Source: Bacillota bacterium | Lineage (GTDB): Bacteria; Bacillota; Halanaerobiia; Halanaerobiales; M55B127 | Assembly: GCA_051745185.1 (NCBI GenBank) | Contig: JBNJDV010000004.1 | Span: 1 to 46,006 of the forward strand | DNA length: 46,006 bases | Reading direction: 5' to 3' | Shown: piece by piece, positions 9,916-21,293 of the stretch | Layout: the number at the start of each line of letters is the position of its first letter | Numbering within the stretch: the first letter of the stretch is position 1 | Position numbers and translations under genes: made by a program | Notes under the pieces: generated by a model | The model's database searches: none | Told to the model about the DNA's origin: nothing | Seen by the model: the letters and a program-made list of their open reading frames with translations, nothing else

Positions 9916-11094
9916 TTATATAATATCTAGCTTTTTACCTACTTTTTTAAACTTATCTAATGCAAAATCCAAGTCATCTCTTGAATGAACAGCAGATATC
10001 ATAACTCTAATTCTTGCCTTGCCTTTTGGAACTGTTGGAAAACCAATAGATTGAGCAAAAATGTTCTCCTCAAATAATTTTTTGGAAAACTCTGAAGCAG
10101 TTTTTGCTTTTCCTAACATTACAGGTGTAATAGGTGTTTGACTATTTCCAACATCAAATCCAATCTCTTTCATATTCTTTTTAAAATAGTTACCGTTATC
10201 CCATAATTTATTCACTAATGTATCATCATTATCTAATATTTCAATTGACTTTAGAGTTGCAGCCACGTCAGGTGGAGTAACTGCAGAACTAAACAAGAAA
10301 GGCCTAGCTTTTTGTTTTAAGTATTCAACCATTTTTTTACTGCCTGCTGCACATCCTCCAACTGTACCAATCGCCTTTGAAAAAGTACCTATTTCAATAT
10401 CAACTTCATTGTGTAAATTAAAATGATCTACTATACCTCTCCCATGAGATCCTAGTACTCCTTCACCATGAGCATCATCAACCATTGTAATTGCATTATA
10501 TTTTTTTGCGATCTCAACAATTTCAGGTAATTTGGCAACATCACCATCCATACTAAATACACCATCTGTTACAACTAGTTTTTTACCTTCTGTTTTTTCT
10601 TTTAATATCTCTTCTAATGAATTCATATCAGCATGTTTATATACCTTAATTTCTGCACCAGACAGTTTACATGCATCAATAATACTAGCATGATTTAATT
10701 CATCACTATATATTGTATCACCTTTACCTACGATAGCAGGAATTACTGCTAAGTTTGAATTATAGCCTGATTGAAAAGTAATTGCACCTTCAACTTTCTT
10801 GAAATCAGCTAAGGCTTCTTCTAAATCATTATGAAGTTCCATTGTACCAGCTATTGTTCTTACCGCTCCTGGGCCTATTCCGTATTCTACTAAAGCCTTT
10901 TTAGCTGCTTTAACGGTTTCGGGATGATTTGCTAAACCCAAGTAATTATTTGAACTAAAATTTAAAACTTCTTTTCCTTCAATTTCTACCCATGATCCCT
11001 GAGGTCCTTCCAAGGTCCTTATTGTATTGTAAAGACCTTCTTTTTTTAATTCTTGTAACTGATCATCCATAAATTTTTGAAAATCTTTATTCAT
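9916..11094 (-). CDS. kbl: 2-amino-3-ketobutyrate CoA ligase (glycine C-acetyltransferase)
   Basis: PLP alpha-oxoamine synthase family: SNNYLGL, DDAHGEG, and GTFSKA with the PLP lysine. It is paired with tdh. Confidence 0.93.
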   Translation of the reverse strand: MNKDFQKFMDDQLQELKKEGLYNTIRTLEGPQGSWVEIEGKEVLNFSSNNYLGLANHPETVKAAKKALVEYGIGPGAVRTIAGTMELHNDLEEALADFKKVEGAITFQSGYNSNLAVIPAIVGKGDTIYSDELNHASIIDACKLSGAEIKVYKHADMNSLEEILKEKTEGKKLVVTDGVFSMDGDVAKLPEIVEIAKKYNAITMVDDAHGEGVLGSHGRGIVDHFNLHNEVDIEIGTFSKAIGTVGGCAAGSKKMVEYLKQKARPFLFSSAVTPPDVAATLKSIEILDNDDTLVNKLWDNGNYFKKNMKEIGFDVGNSQTPITPVMLGKAKTASEFSKKLFEENIFAQSIGFPTVPKGKARIRVMISAVHSRDDLDFALDKFKKVGKKLDII

Positions 11095-11106
11095 GGTAAA
11101 AACCCC

Positions 11107-12147
11107 CTACGGTTTTAAAATAATTTTTCCACAGTTACCTTCATCCATTAATTTCATACCTTTTTCAAAGTCTTTTAAATCAAACTTATGTGTAATAACA
11201 GGTGATAGGTCAATTCTATTGCCCTTAAGTAAGTTACTGGCAATATGCCAGGTACTAAACATTTTTCTACCGGTTACACCTATAACTTTTATGTTTTTAA
11301 AAATTATATCATTTGTTAGGTCCATACTTACCTCACTATCAGGGAGACCTAATAGTGAAACTATTCCACCTGCAGTAACAGCTTTAATACCATTTTTAAT
11401 TGCTGAAGGATTCCCCGACATTTCAGCAGTAAAGTCTACACCTTTTTTACCAAATATGTCATAAACAACATCTAATAAATTATCCTCAATAGGATTTACT
11501 ACATTATCAGCACCCATCTTTTTTGAAAGATCTCTTCTATATTCATTTGGTTCACTAACTAAAATATTTGCTGCTCCAAAAGTTTTAGCTACTGCCACTG
11601 ATATCAAACCAACTGGGCCTGCTCCGGTAATTAATACATCTTTACCGGCTACATTACCAGGTAATATTGTATCAATCGCATTTCCTAATGGTTCTTGAAT
11701 GGAAGCAAAATCCTTTGGAATACTCGGGTCGGTTTTCCAAATATCTACTTCCTCTAAAACTGCATATTCAGCAAAAACTCCGTCTTGATGCACTCCTAAT
11801 ATTCTCATGTTACTACAAATATGTTCCTGCCCTGTCTGACATTGGTAACAATGCCCACAGGGAATATGTGTTTCACTTGATACAAAATCCCCTATATCTA
11901 CTTTTTTTACTCTGGAACCTACTTTAATTACTTCTCCGGCTACTTCATGGCCCATAATCTGGGGAGGTTTTATATTATTTTGAGCCCATTTGTTCCATTT
12001 ATATATATGATGGTCTGTACCACAAATTGAGGTACTCTCTACTTTGATTAAAATCTGCTCGGGTCCTATTTCTGGAACTTTTACTTCTTTATAGACAGCT
12101 CCATATTCAGGTTTTTCTTTTACTACAGCATACATTTTGTCTTTCAT
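11107..12147 (-). CDS. tdh: L-threonine 3-dehydrogenase (Zn-dependent MDR)
   Basis: ICGTDHHIY, GHEVAGEV and the CGHCYQC structural-Zn motif, plus GAGPVGL Rossmann fold. It lies directly upstream of kbl. Confidence 0.93.
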   Translation of the reverse strand: MKDKMYAVVKEKPEYGAVYKEVKVPEIGPEQILIKVESTSICGTDHHIYKWNKWAQNNIKPPQIMGHEVAGEVIKVGSRVKKVDIGDFVSSETHIPCGHCYQCQTGQEHICSNMRILGVHQDGVFAEYAVLEEVDIWKTDPSIPKDFASIQEPLGNAIDTILPGNVAGKDVLITGAGPVGLISVAVAKTFGAANILVSEPNEYRRDLSKKMGADNVVNPIEDNLLDVVYDIFGKKGVDFTAEMSGNPSAIKNGIKAVTAGGIVSLLGLPDSEVSMDLTNDIIFKNIKVIGVTGRKMFSTWHIASNLLKGNRIDLSPVITHKFDLKDFEKGMKLMDEGNCGKIILKP

Positions 12148-12259
12148 TTTTACCCTCCTTGAATATAATTAAAAGACCCACTTCACCTCCATAATTTTTT
12201 TATACACCCATTTATATTATTTCATTATTAAATTCAAATATCCTTCAATTAATAATATA

Positions 12260-12288
12260 TTGCATTCCGATAATTTTGTTGGTATAAT
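12260..12288 (+). promoter_or_regulatory. Sigma-70-type promoter of bioY
   Basis: TTGCAT (12260..12265), exactly 17 nt, then TATAAT (12283..12288). The track's TTG start at 12260 is this -35 box. Confidence 0.5.
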
Positions 12289-12325
12289 AATTACGGTTTT
12301 AAATTTGAAAGGAGTGAACTTTTTA

Positions 12326-12850
12326 ATGCAAAGCAATACTAATACAAAATATTTAATTCTAACCGGATTATTTGCAGCACTTACTGCAATTGGAGCTTAT
12401 ATTTATATCCCACTCCCAATTAGTCCTGTACCTATTACACTTCAAACGTTTTTCACATTAACTGCTGGAGGTATATTAGGGAAAAAATATGGATTTTTCT
12501 CACAGTTGATATATGTACTTCTCGGTGTGATTGGACTACCTGTCTTTGCAGGAGGTGCAGGGGGAATAGGAATTTTATTTGGACCAACCGGTGGGTTTAT
12601 TTTTGGATTTATAGCAGCCGGATATATTTCCGGAATGGGTAAAAAAAGCTTATTGAATAAACTGTTATACTTAGTTTTAGCTGTACTCTCAATTTATATT
12701 TTAGGAGTAACCGGATTAATGCTTGTAACAAAGGTTGGTATAATTCAAGCAATCACAATAGGAGTTACACCATTTATAATAGGCGACCTTATAAAAATCG
12801 TTCTGGCCGCCTATCTTTCAAATAAGTTGTCTAATTATGTGCAACTTTAA
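12326..12850 (+). CDS. bioY: Biotin transporter BioY (ECF S component)
   Basis: LTGLFAALTAIGAYIYIPL..PITLQTFF is the BioY signature. Start set to ATG at 12326 (GAAAGGAG SD). The 3' end overlaps the convergent gene by 20 nt. Confidence 0.85.
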   Translation: MQSNTNTKYLILTGLFAALTAIGAYIYIPLPISPVPITLQTFFTLTAGGILGKKYGFFSQLIYVLLGVIGLPVFAGGAGGIGILFGPTGGFIFGFIAAGYISGMGKKSLLNKLLYLVLAVLSIYILGVTGLMLVTKVGIIQAITIGVTPFIIGDLIKIVLAAYLSNKLSNYVQL

Positions 12851-13760
12851 TATTACCGGCAGAAGTTGAAATTTTAATATCAATTTTATTTTCAACTTCT
12901 CCGTAATTTTTTGATTGATATACATCATCATACAACTTAATCAAACCAATCTCATCAAAATTATTACTATTAATAACAGTATTAGTTTCAATTCTTAAAG
13001 CTGCTGTCGGTGGTACTATTAACTTTATGTTCCCAGCACCTGCAGATATTTCTGTTTTATTATCATAATCAGGATATCTAATATTCAGTTGTCCTAAACC
13101 TGCATCAATGTTAAGTTTATCAACCTTTAGTTCCTCAAGATTTAATAAAAGGTCTCCTGCCCCACCTTTGATGTTAATTTCTAAGGGAGTATCTTTAGTT
13201 AAATTTATATTCCAAATAGCTGAACCAGTTCCTACATTAACCTGTCTTGTTTGCCTTATTGAAAGGTCAGCCCTGTTATCTTTTTTATCATAATTTACTT
13301 CAGGCATTTTACCTCTGTAATCCAAGTCTAAATCAAATAAATCAATATCTCTATCAACACTATCAATATTTAATCTGTTTGCACCAAAGGTTAAATCAAC
13401 CCTGAAATTATCAATGTTTGGATCATACTCTCTGTTTTCTTGATAAACTCCTGAACGTGTCTCATCTCCAAAGTTGAAGACAAAAAAACCAGTATTAATT
13501 CCTCTAAGGGTCGATGTGGGCATAATTACTGCCCCAATAATTATAACAAATATTAATATTGGAACAACCCACCACAATTTAGATTTTTTCAAAATCAAGT
13601 TTAGGCCAAATAAGATTAATAAAACCGGCCAAAATCTTGTAATAAAATACCAGAGCCTAAAAGTTGCTATTCCTAAAGAATTTAATAAAAATAATAATCC
13701 AATACCAATTAAAATTAAACCTACTATATAAGCAGATCTGTTGTTATTTTCACTGCTCAT
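12831..13760 (-). CDS. LiaF-like / toastrack-domain membrane protein (cell-wall-active antibiotic response family)
   Basis: N-terminal multi-pass TM region followed by a beta-rich repetitive C-terminal domain (GGAGDLLLNL, DAGLGQLNIRY, SAGAGNIKLIV). It starts 1 nt after the PspC gene. Confidence 0.5.
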   Translation of the reverse strand: MSSENNNRSAYIVGLILIGIGLLFLLNSLGIATFRLWYFITRFWPVLLILFGLNLILKKSKLWWVVPILIFVIIIGAVIMPTSTLRGINTGFFVFNFGDETRSGVYQENREYDPNIDNFRVDLTFGANRLNIDSVDRDIDLFDLDLDYRGKMPEVNYDKKDNRADLSIRQTRQVNVGTGSAIWNINLTKDTPLEINIKGGAGDLLLNLEELKVDKLNIDAGLGQLNIRYPDYDNKTEISAGAGNIKLIVPPTAALRIETNTVINSNNFDEIGLIKLYDDVYQSKNYGEVENKIDIKISTSAGNIKVAHN

Positions 13761-14228
13761 CTAATTTTTAACCTCCCTGTATATCAAAACAACACCTAGT
13801 ATTATTAAAATAACAGGCCAAAATCTTCTCCAATAAAATCCGGGAATCCAGTTATCTAGAATAAAGAATATACCTAAAGCAACTAATATTAAGCCTAAAA
13901 TTCGTTTTCTTTGTTCTTTACTATGTTCTTTACTTTTTTTTTCAGTTTCAGGTGTTTCTTGCTCTGCTTTATATTCACCCTCTTCATCTTCTTGTTTATA
14001 ATCGACATCATATATGTCCTCTTCATTTCTTCTGTCATTTCCCACAGGTCTTTCCGGAATGATTATCCATGCAATAATATAGGCAATTACTCCTGCACCT
14101 TCAATTAATGCAAATAAAACAAATGCAAGTCTCACTAATGTAGTGTCAATCCCAAAGTATTCAGCTATTCCTCCACATACACCACCAATAATTTGATCCT
14201 TTCTTGAACGATATAATTTTTTATTCAT
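13761..14228 (-). CDS. PspC-domain membrane protein
   Basis: [33 protein letters not shown] is the PspC domain. An acidic linker and a second TM segment follow. Confidence 0.8.
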   Translation of the reverse strand: MNKKLYRSRKDQIIGGVCGGIAEYFGIDTTLVRLAFVLFALIEGAGVIAYIIAWIIIPERPVGNDRRNEEDIYDVDYKQEDEEGEYKAEQETPETEKKSKEHSKEQRKRILGLILVALGIFFILDNWIPGFYWRRFWPVILIILGVVLIYREVKN

Positions 14229-14262
14229 TATACAAACCTCCTCATTTTGATCGTTTTTAATT

Positions 14263-15183
14263 CTAACCAGGATGAATATGAACTATTACTTCTTTTATCT
14301 GGTCACATTTTTTAAACAGTTCATTTCTAACCTTAACAGAAATATCATGACCCTGTTTTACTGTTAAATCACTCTCAACAATAATTCTTAAATCAACATA
14401 TAAATCAATACCATTATAATGAGCCCTTAATTCCTGAATCCCTTTTACTCCATCTATTTTATTTGTTATCTCTCTAATCTCTTTTTGATCACTTTCTGGG
14501 GGTGCTTTTATCATCAAAGAATCAACTGCATCTAATATTATTTTCCAGCCTACTCTAATTACTAATAGTGAAACAATAACACCAGCTATCGGGTCTAAAA
14601 TCGGATATCCATAGTTTGCCCCCAATATACCAACAGCAGCCGCAATTGATGATATTGCATCACTTCTATGATGCCATGCATCAGCAATTAGTGCTTGATT
14701 GTTTGTTTTTTCACCTACATTATAGGTGAATCTAAACATTAGTTCCTTAACAACAATAGATAAAACAGCTGCCCAGAACGCTAACATACCCGGGATATTA
14801 AAATTTCCTGCTAAAATTTGATTAAAGATATTATATCCCAAGCCGAAACCTGTTAAAAGCAGTACTATCCCTAATATTTTTGCAGCTATTGATTCCGCCT
14901 GACCATGTCCATATTGATGTTTCTCATCTGGTGGTTTATTAGAAATATATATAGCTATTAATACAGCCACAGTGGATGCAGTATCAGAAACAGAATGAAA
15001 ACCATCTGCTATTAAAGCAGCACTTCCAACCAATATACCTATAGCAATTTTTATAATTGCTAACAATATATTACCGGCAATTGTAATGTATGAAATCTTT
15101 TTTCCTTCCTTATATCTATCCAATCCAATCAACTCCAAATAATAAAAGGATTTATTTCTATTATCTTGAATATATTTAAGCAA
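14263..15183 (-). CDS. Cation diffusion facilitator (CDF) family metal efflux transporter
   Basis: HSVSDTAS and HHRSDAISS metal-site motifs in TM2/TM5, with a C-terminal cytoplasmic domain. Confidence 0.9.
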   Translation of the reverse strand: MLKYIQDNRNKSFYYLELIGLDRYKEGKKISYITIAGNILLAIIKIAIGILVGSAALIADGFHSVSDTASTVAVLIAIYISNKPPDEKHQYGHGQAESIAAKILGIVLLLTGFGLGYNIFNQILAGNFNIPGMLAFWAAVLSIVVKELMFRFTYNVGEKTNNQALIADAWHHRSDAISSIAAAVGILGANYGYPILDPIAGVIVSLLVIRVGWKIILDAVDSLMIKAPPESDQKEIREITNKIDGVKGIQELRAHYNGIDLYVDLRIIVESDLTVKQGHDISVKVRNELFKKCDQIKEVIVHIHPG

Positions 15184-15204
15184 TGATAAAAATATATGAA
15201 ATAG

Positions 15205-15969
15205 GTGATATTATTGTCAATTACAACAATCATAATCTTATGTATAGTCGGTTTTGCAGCAGCATTTTTAGACTCAATTGCTGGTGGTGGAGGCATTTTA
15301 ACCGTGCCAGCTTTAATGGCTGCTGGACTGCCGCCTCATCTAACTTTAGGAACTAATAAATTTTCTGCAACAAATGCTTCTCTTACTAGTACTTTAACTT
15401 TTCTAAAATCTAAAAAAATACATCTTCCTTTAATCAAATATATACTACCCTTTAGTTTTTTTGGTGCAGTTTTAGGTGTAAATACAGTGTTAAGAATCAA
15501 TGAAAAGTATCTGCAAATTATTATCCTAGTCTTACTAGTTTTCGTTGCACTAAATACTCTTTTTAATAAAAATATCGGAACTGAAAACAACTTTCAAGGA
15601 TTAACAACAAAGACAATAATTCTAGGTTGTATTGTCGGTTTTTCAATAGGTTTTTATGATGGTTTCTTTGGACCTGGTACCGGCTCCATACTGCTTTATG
15701 CTTTTATTAGAATCTTTAAGTTTGATTTTACTATTGGTACTGCAAATGCACGTATACTAAATTTTACAAGTAATATGACTTCACTTCTACTTTTTGCTTA
15801 TTATGGTAGAATTGTCTATGCAGTTGGAATACCAATGGCTATTTCTATGATTTTAGGTGCTTTTTTAGGCACCAAGATGGCAATTAAACACGGTGGTAAA
15901 ATAATAAAACCAATATTTGTCATTATGTCTTTAGGTATAGTTGTAAAATTATTAATTGATACTCTTTAA
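15205..15969 (+). CDS. TauE/SafE family sulfite/anion exporter-like membrane protein
   Basis: FLDSIAGGGGILTVPAL and a repeated 4-TM architecture. GTG start only 21 nt from the divergent CDF start, so the exact start is uncertain. Confidence 0.8.
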   Translation: MILLSITTIIILCIVGFAAAFLDSIAGGGGILTVPALMAAGLPPHLTLGTNKFSATNASLTSTLTFLKSKKIHLPLIKYILPFSFFGAVLGVNTVLRINEKYLQIIILVLLVFVALNTLFNKNIGTENNFQGLTTKTIILGCIVGFSIGFYDGFFGPGTGSILLYAFIRIFKFDFTIGTANARILNFTSNMTSLLLFAYYGRIVYAVGIPMAISMILGAFLGTKMAIKHGGKIIKPIFVIMSLGIVVKLLIDTL

Positions 15970-17712
15970 TTAATCAAAATAGAGATCTTTTTCAGCTTGA
16001 CTGAACTGAGTTTTATATAATCTATTATAGACTCCACCTTTTTTATTAATCAAATCTTGATGAGTTCCTTTTTCTGCAATACCATCTTCAGTCAAAACTA
16101 TTATTTTATCTGCATTTTTAACAGTTGATAACCTATGGGCTATAACTAAAGTAGTTCTATCTTTAGAAAGACGGTCTAATGAAGCTTGGATGATTTTCTC
16201 ACTCTCATTATCTAAAGATGAAGTGGCTTCATCTAAGATTAAAATAGGGGGATTCTTTAAAAAAGATCTCGCTATTGAAATTCTTTGTTTTTGTCCTCCT
16301 GATAGTTTTACTCCTCTTTCACCAATTTTAGTTTTATAACCATTACTTAAACTCAAGATAAACTGATGTGCATTTGCCTCTTTTGCCGCATCAATTATTT
16401 CTTCATCACTTGCTTTAAAATTACCATATGAAATATTTTCCTTAACATTTCCATTAAATAAAAATACATCTTGTTGAACTATTCCTATATTTTCTCTTAA
16501 TGATTCCAATTTTACATCTTTTATATTAATTCCATCAATTTTTATCTTTCCGTTAGTAAGCTCATAAAATCTGGGTAATAGATTACAAAGGGTTGTCTTT
16601 CCTACACCTGATGTCCCCACAAAAGCAACCGTCTCACCTGGTTCAATATCTAAATATATATCTTTCAATACCTTAGAGTGATTTTCATAACCAAAAGAAA
16701 CATTTTCATATCTTATCTTACCTTCAACATTTTTTAATTCAACTGCATTGGGTTTATCATCTATTTCAGGTTCAATATCTAAAAGTTCTAAAAATCTATT
16801 AAAACCAGCCATCCCTTTTTGAAACTGTTCATTAAAGTTAATTAACCTTCTTATCGGATTCATAAACATATTGACATAAAAAAGAAAAGCAACTAATTCT
16901 CCAGTTGTTAAGCTGTCATTAAAAAGATAATAGGCACCGGCTGACAGTGTAGATAATATTATTAAATTTGAAAAAAAGTTCATTCCAGAATGAAATTGAG
17001 CCATATTTCTCATTGCATATTCTCGGGATTCCCTAAACCTTTGGTTTCCATAGTCAAACTTATTTTCTTCTAAATCTTCATTAGTAAAGGACTTTACTAC
17101 TCTAATTCCGCTTAAACTGTCTTCAACTATAGAGTTGACCTCAGCAATTTTTTCCCTTATATCCTTAAATGATCTGTACATCTTTTCACCTAAAATAAGG
17201 GAAAAATAAAACATGACAGGCAGTATTGCAAAAGTAAATAAAGCTAACTGCCATTTCATTACTAATAATATTGCAAATGAACCTAATAACATAACCAAAG
17301 AAATAAATAAATCTTCAGGACCATGGTGGGCTAGTTCAGATATATTATTAAGATCATTTACTATCCTTGACATTAAATAACCAACTTTAGTATTATCATA
17401 AAATTTAAATGATAATTTCTGAAGATGGTTAAATAATTTTTTTCTCATGTCAGTTTCCATTCTAATTCCTACAACATGTCCCCAATAATGGACAATATAC
17501 TGGAAAATTAATCTTAAAACATATAAAATGAATAATAGTACCAACATTCTAATTATCATTGCAGCATTTTTATTTGGAAAATGCTTGTCTAAAAGCTGTT
17601 GTACTATAACAGGAAACATCAAATCCAAACTTGACATTAATAATGCGCTTACTATATCTAATAAAAATAATTTCCAATGGTTTATGTAATACTTCGAAAA
17701 CTTCTTTATCAT
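15970..17712 (-). CDS. ABC exporter, fused permease/ATPase (MsbA/multidrug type)
   Basis: Six-TM ABC_membrane region, Walker A GTSGVGKTT, signature LSGGQKQR, Walker B ILILDEATS. Confidence 0.9.
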   Translation of the reverse strand: MIKKFSKYYINHWKLFLLDIVSALLMSSLDLMFPVIVQQLLDKHFPNKNAAMIIRMLVLLFILYVLRLIFQYIVHYWGHVVGIRMETDMRKKLFNHLQKLSFKFYDNTKVGYLMSRIVNDLNNISELAHHGPEDLFISLVMLLGSFAILLVMKWQLALFTFAILPVMFYFSLILGEKMYRSFKDIREKIAEVNSIVEDSLSGIRVVKSFTNEDLEENKFDYGNQRFRESREYAMRNMAQFHSGMNFFSNLIILSTLSAGAYYLFNDSLTTGELVAFLFYVNMFMNPIRRLINFNEQFQKGMAGFNRFLELLDIEPEIDDKPNAVELKNVEGKIRYENVSFGYENHSKVLKDIYLDIEPGETVAFVGTSGVGKTTLCNLLPRFYELTNGKIKIDGINIKDVKLESLRENIGIVQQDVFLFNGNVKENISYGNFKASDEEIIDAAKEANAHQFILSLSNGYKTKIGERGVKLSGGQKQRISIARSFLKNPPILILDEATSSLDNESEKIIQASLDRLSKDRTTLVIAHRLSTVKNADKIIVLTEDGIAEKGTHQDLINKKGGVYNRLYKTQFSQAEKDLYFD

Positions 17713-17883
17713 ATTCTGGTATACCTCCTAGTACTTTTAATATTTTATCATACTTTTTAAATAACTGCAATGGGATTCGTTGAATATTATTAATTATATT
17801 ATAAGTTTATTTAATAATTTATTTAATTTATTTAATCTTTTTAACTTTATTTATTATATTTTTAAAGAAAGGAGTTAATTTTT

Positions 17884-18900
17884 ATGGAACTTTATCCCTT
17901 GAAATTTTTTCCTGTTTACAAAAAGAAAATTTGGGGAGGAAATCGACTTAAATCAAAACTAAATAAAAAGAACGCTGGAAAAAGCATAGGTGAAAGTTGG
18001 GAAATATCCAGCTATAATAATAGTATCAGTATAGTCAGCAATGGTGAATTTAAAAATACCAAATTAACGACCTTAATAGAAAGATATCCTAAAGAAATCA
18101 TGGGAAGCGACTTTAACTCTAATGATAAATTTCCACTGCTTTTAAAAATAATCGATGCCAATAAAAAACTTTCTGTCCAGGTTCATCCTGATGAAAAAAC
18201 AGCAGAAAATATTAAAAACAATGACAGCAAATATGAAATGTGGTATATACTTGATGCAAAAAAGGACGCGAAGCTCTATCTCGGTCTTAAAAATATAAAA
18301 GATAAAAAGCATCTTGAAGAAGTAATAAATACAGGTAAATTAAAAGAATATTTGAATGAAGTAAATGTAAAAAAAGGTGATTTCTTTTATATCCCTGGTG
18401 GGACAGTTCACGCAATTGGAAAAGGTTTAATGTTAGTTGAAATTCAGCAGAATTCTGATACTACATATAGACTGTATGATTGGGATAGATTGGGTAGTGA
18501 TGGTAAGCCGAGAGATTTACATTTACAAAACGGTATTAAAGCTGCAAATCTTTCCTGGCAAGATTTAAATCAAAAAGTTAAATATATGAAAAAAACCAAA
18601 GACTATATTCAAGAAATTTTAAATATATCCAAATACTTTGTTACTGAAAAAATAAATGTGAAAACTTCTTTTGATATTAAAATTGACAACTTCATTTTGC
18701 TTACTTGTATTAAAAACAAGGGAGAGATAATATATAATAATAATTCCACCACATTGGAAAAAGGAGAATCAGCAATGCTGCCGGCCGATCTTAGAGAAGT
18801 TAAAATAAAGGGAGATATTGAACTTTTATCTATGTATATACCAAAATCGATTCAAAATTATAAAAATAAACTATTAGAAAATGGTTTTAATAAAATATAG
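17884..18900 (+). CDS. manA: Mannose-6-phosphate isomerase, class I
   Basis: IWGG, SVQVHPD and GTVHAIGKG...EIQQNSDTTYRLYDWDR motifs. AAAGGAG SD upstream. Confidence 0.85.
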   Translation: MELYPLKFFPVYKKKIWGGNRLKSKLNKKNAGKSIGESWEISSYNNSISIVSNGEFKNTKLTTLIERYPKEIMGSDFNSNDKFPLLLKIIDANKKLSVQVHPDEKTAENIKNNDSKYEMWYILDAKKDAKLYLGLKNIKDKKHLEEVINTGKLKEYLNEVNVKKGDFFYIPGGTVHAIGKGLMLVEIQQNSDTTYRLYDWDRLGSDGKPRDLHLQNGIKAANLSWQDLNQKVKYMKKTKDYIQEILNISKYFVTEKINVKTSFDIKIDNFILLTCIKNKGEIIYNNNSTTLEKGESAMLPADLREVKIKGDIELLSMYIPKSIQNYKNKLLENGFNKI

Positions 18901-18913
18901 TTTCAAATAAAAT

Positions 18914-18952
18914 AAGAGACCAAAACAATTTTAACAATTGTGAAGGTCTCTT
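18914..18952. terminator. Bidirectional hairpin terminator between convergent manA and phoU
   Basis: AAGAGACC (18914..18921) pairs with GGTCTCTT (18945..18952). An inner ACAATT/AATTGT pairing extends the stem. Confidence 0.6.
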
Positions 18953-18969
18953 ATGTGTTATTCTATATA

Positions 18970-19632
18970 TTAATATGAAACATCCCAATCTCCTGTAGCC
19001 ATATATATTACTCTTTCACAAATATTAGTAGCATGGTCTCCAATTCGCTCTAAAAATCTGCTCACAAAAATAAGTGACATTGCTTGTCTAATAGTTTTGG
19101 GATCTTCAATCATAAAGGTTAATAGTTCTCTTAAAATCTGTTCATCTAAAACATCAACCTCTTCATCTTCTTTAGCTATTTTATGGGCTAACTCTGTATC
19201 TAAATTTACAAAAGCTTTTAAGCTCTCTTTTAGCCGCCTTGTTACTATATCTGTCATCCTCGGTATATCAATTAATGGTTTAATTAATGGCTCATCATCA
19301 ATTTTAATAACCATTCTTGCAATGTTGGAAGCATGGTCTCCTATTCTTTCTAAATCAGTTGCTAATTTAGAAATTACAATTATTGTTCTTAAGTCTCCTG
19401 CTACAGGTTGTTGTGTAGCAATCAATCTAGTACATAGTTCTTCTAATTCTAATTCATAATCATCTATCTTGTCATCATCTTCCATAACCTGTTTTGCTAA
19501 CTCTACATCCTGTTCTTTAAGAGCCTGAATACTTTTTTCAATAGCTTCTTCAACCTGACTGCCCATTAACAGCATCTCATTTTTTAATTTTTCAATATTT
19601 TCATCAAGACTTTTTCGTAACATTTTTATCAC
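18970..19632 (-). CDS. phoU: Phosphate signalling complex protein PhoU
   Basis: Two PhoU repeats with the E(R)IGDHA motif twice (LERIGDHASN, LERIGDHATN). It is the last gene of the pst operon. Confidence 0.93.
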   Translation of the reverse strand: MIKMLRKSLDENIEKLKNEMLLMGSQVEEAIEKSIQALKEQDVELAKQVMEDDDKIDDYELELEELCTRLIATQQPVAGDLRTIIVISKLATDLERIGDHASNIARMVIKIDDEPLIKPLIDIPRMTDIVTRRLKESLKAFVNLDTELAHKIAKEDEEVDVLDEQILRELLTFMIEDPKTIRQAMSLIFVSRFLERIGDHATNICERVIYMATGDWDVSY

Positions 19633-19641
19633 CTTTCCTTT

Positions 19642-20403
19642 TTAACCAAAACGACCTGTGATATAGTCTTCTGTTCTTTGGTCATTTGGATTTTCAAAGA
19701 TTTTATCTGTATCATCAAATTCAATTAATTCACCTAATAAAAAGAATCCAACCTTATCAGATACTCTTGCAGCTTGTTGCATACTGTGAGTTACTATTAC
19801 AATTGTGTAATCATTTACTAAATCAGACATCAATTCCTCAATTTTAGCAGTTGCAGTAGGATCTAAAGCAGAAGCAGGCTCATCCATAAGTAAAACATCT
19901 GGTTTTACAGCTAGAGCTCTAGCAATACACAACCTCTGTTGTTGTCCACCTGATAAATCGTAAGCAGGTTTATTTAGTCTATCTTTCACCTCATCCCATA
20001 AAGCAGCAGCTTTAAGACTTTTTTCAACAATTTTGTCAAGTTTGTTTCTCTTTTTTATTCCTTGTATTTTAGGTCCATAAGCAATATTTTCAAAAACTGT
20101 TTTTGGAAAGGGATTGGGCTGCTGAAAAACCATACCTATCTTTCTTCTTAAATTGACTACATCCATATCCTTATTATAAATATTCTTCTCCTTAAAAAGT
20201 ACATTACCACTGACTCTGCTGTCTTCAATTAAATCATTCATACGATTCAAAGTGCGTAAAAAAGTCGATTTTCCGCACCCAGAAGGACCAATTAAAGCTG
20301 TGATTTTATTTTTCTTAATATCTATACTTATATTATTTAAAGCTTGAAAATCATCATAGTAAAAATCTAAGTTTTTTACTTGTATGATATTATTTGCTGA
20401 CAT
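19642..20403 (-). CDS. pstB: Phosphate ABC transporter ATPase PstB, copy 2
   Basis: Walker [36 protein letters not shown]. Start set to ATG at 20403 (AGGAGG SD, 7-nt spacer). Confidence 0.95.
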   Translation of the reverse strand: MSANNIIQVKNLDFYYDDFQALNNISIDIKKNKITALIGPSGCGKSTFLRTLNRMNDLIEDSRVSGNVLFKEKNIYNKDMDVVNLRRKIGMVFQQPNPFPKTVFENIAYGPKIQGIKKRNKLDKIVEKSLKAAALWDEVKDRLNKPAYDLSGGQQQRLCIARALAVKPDVLLMDEPASALDPTATAKIEELMSDLVNDYTIVIVTHSMQQAARVSDKVGFFLLGELIEFDDTDKIFENPNDQRTEDYITGRFG

Positions 20404-20504
20404 TAATTTACCTCCTGTTATTAAATACATTACTAATTTTTTTATATTAAGCTTTCAGTAATGTAAGATAGTGTAAACTTAACCTAAAATAATTAACTTA
20501 TAGA

Positions 20505-21266
20505 TTAACCAAATCGACCTGTAATATAATCTTCTGTTTTTTTCTTTTTAGGATTTTCAAAAATTTTATCAGTTTTATCAAACTCAATTAATTCGCCGAT
20601 ATAAAAAAATGCAGTTTTATCAGAAACGCGGGCTGCTTGCTGCATATTATGGGTTACAATCACAATAGTATAATTATTTGAAAGTTCTTCAATTAGATTC
20701 TCAATTTTACTATTTGCAACAGGGTCTAAAGCTGAAGCCGGTTCATCCATTAAAAGTACCTGAGGAGTATTGGCCAAAGCTCTTGCAATACAAAGCCGCT
20801 GTTGCTGTCCACCGGATAAATTAACTGCGGATTCATTTAACCTATCTTTCACTTCATCCCAAATTGCTGCCTGCTTTAAAGATTTTTCTACCAATTCATC
20901 TAATTTATTTTGATCTCTAATCCCATGAAGTTTAGGAGCTAGAGCAACATTTTCGTAAATACTCTTTGCAAAAGGATTGGGTTGTTGAAAAACCATACCA
21001 ATTTTTTTTCTGAGTCTAACAACATCAATACTTTTATCATAAATATCCTGACCATCTAGCAAAATTTTACCCTTAACTTTAGTACCATCTATTTCATCAT
21101 TCATTCTATTTAAAGTTCTAATAAAAGTCGATTTGCCGCAGCCTGAGGGCCCGATTAGAGCTGTAACTTTGTTTTCTTCAATTTCCATATTAATATCTTT
21201 TAAAGCCTGAAAATCATCATAGTAAAAATCAAGATTCTTTATTACGATTTTATTTGCTGCTGCCAT
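20505..21266 (-). CDS. pstB: Phosphate ABC transporter ATPase PstB, copy 1
   Basis: Same motifs as copy 2 and a closely similar sequence. Start set to ATG at 21266 (GAAAGGAG SD), because the track's TTG start lies inside the SD. Confidence 0.95.
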   Translation of the reverse strand: MAAANKIVIKNLDFYYDDFQALKDINMEIEENKVTALIGPSGCGKSTFIRTLNRMNDEIDGTKVKGKILLDGQDIYDKSIDVVRLRKKIGMVFQQPNPFAKSIYENVALAPKLHGIRDQNKLDELVEKSLKQAAIWDEVKDRLNESAVNLSGGQQQRLCIARALANTPQVLLMDEPASALDPVANSKIENLIEELSNNYTIVIVTHNMQQAARVSDKTAFFYIGELIEFDKTDKIFENPKKKKTEDYITGRFG

Positions 21267-21293
21267 TATAAAACTCCTTTCCAATTTAGACTG

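Noticed and set aside
12240-12325. BirA operator upstream of bioY.
   Set aside because: I looked for a TGTTAAC-type inverted repeat around the promoter and found no palindromic partner. Only the -35/-10 promoter is supported.
15184-15204. A 21-bp gap between the divergent CDF and TauE-family genes as evidence of an unusual shared promoter.
   Set aside because: This is more simply explained by uncertain start codons: the TauE-like ORF is drawn from a GTG, and the true start may lie downstream. There is no positive evidence for special regulation.
17570-17770. 66-aa minus-strand ORF overlapping the 5' end of the ABC exporter gene.
   Set aside because: It is out of frame with, and almost entirely inside, the well-supported ABC gene. 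It has no SD and no recognisable features.
17806-17836. Three copies of TTTATTTAAT upstream of manA (17806, 17818, 17827).
   Set aside because: This is pure A/T low-complexity sequence in an AT-rich intergenic region. The spacing is irregular (12 and 9 nt), so it is most likely compositional rather than a specific site.
19642-21284. Tandem duplicated pstB genes as a possible novelty.
   Set aside because: Two consecutive pstB paralogues (pstBA and pstBB) are a known feature of Bacillus-type pst operons, so this is ordinary.
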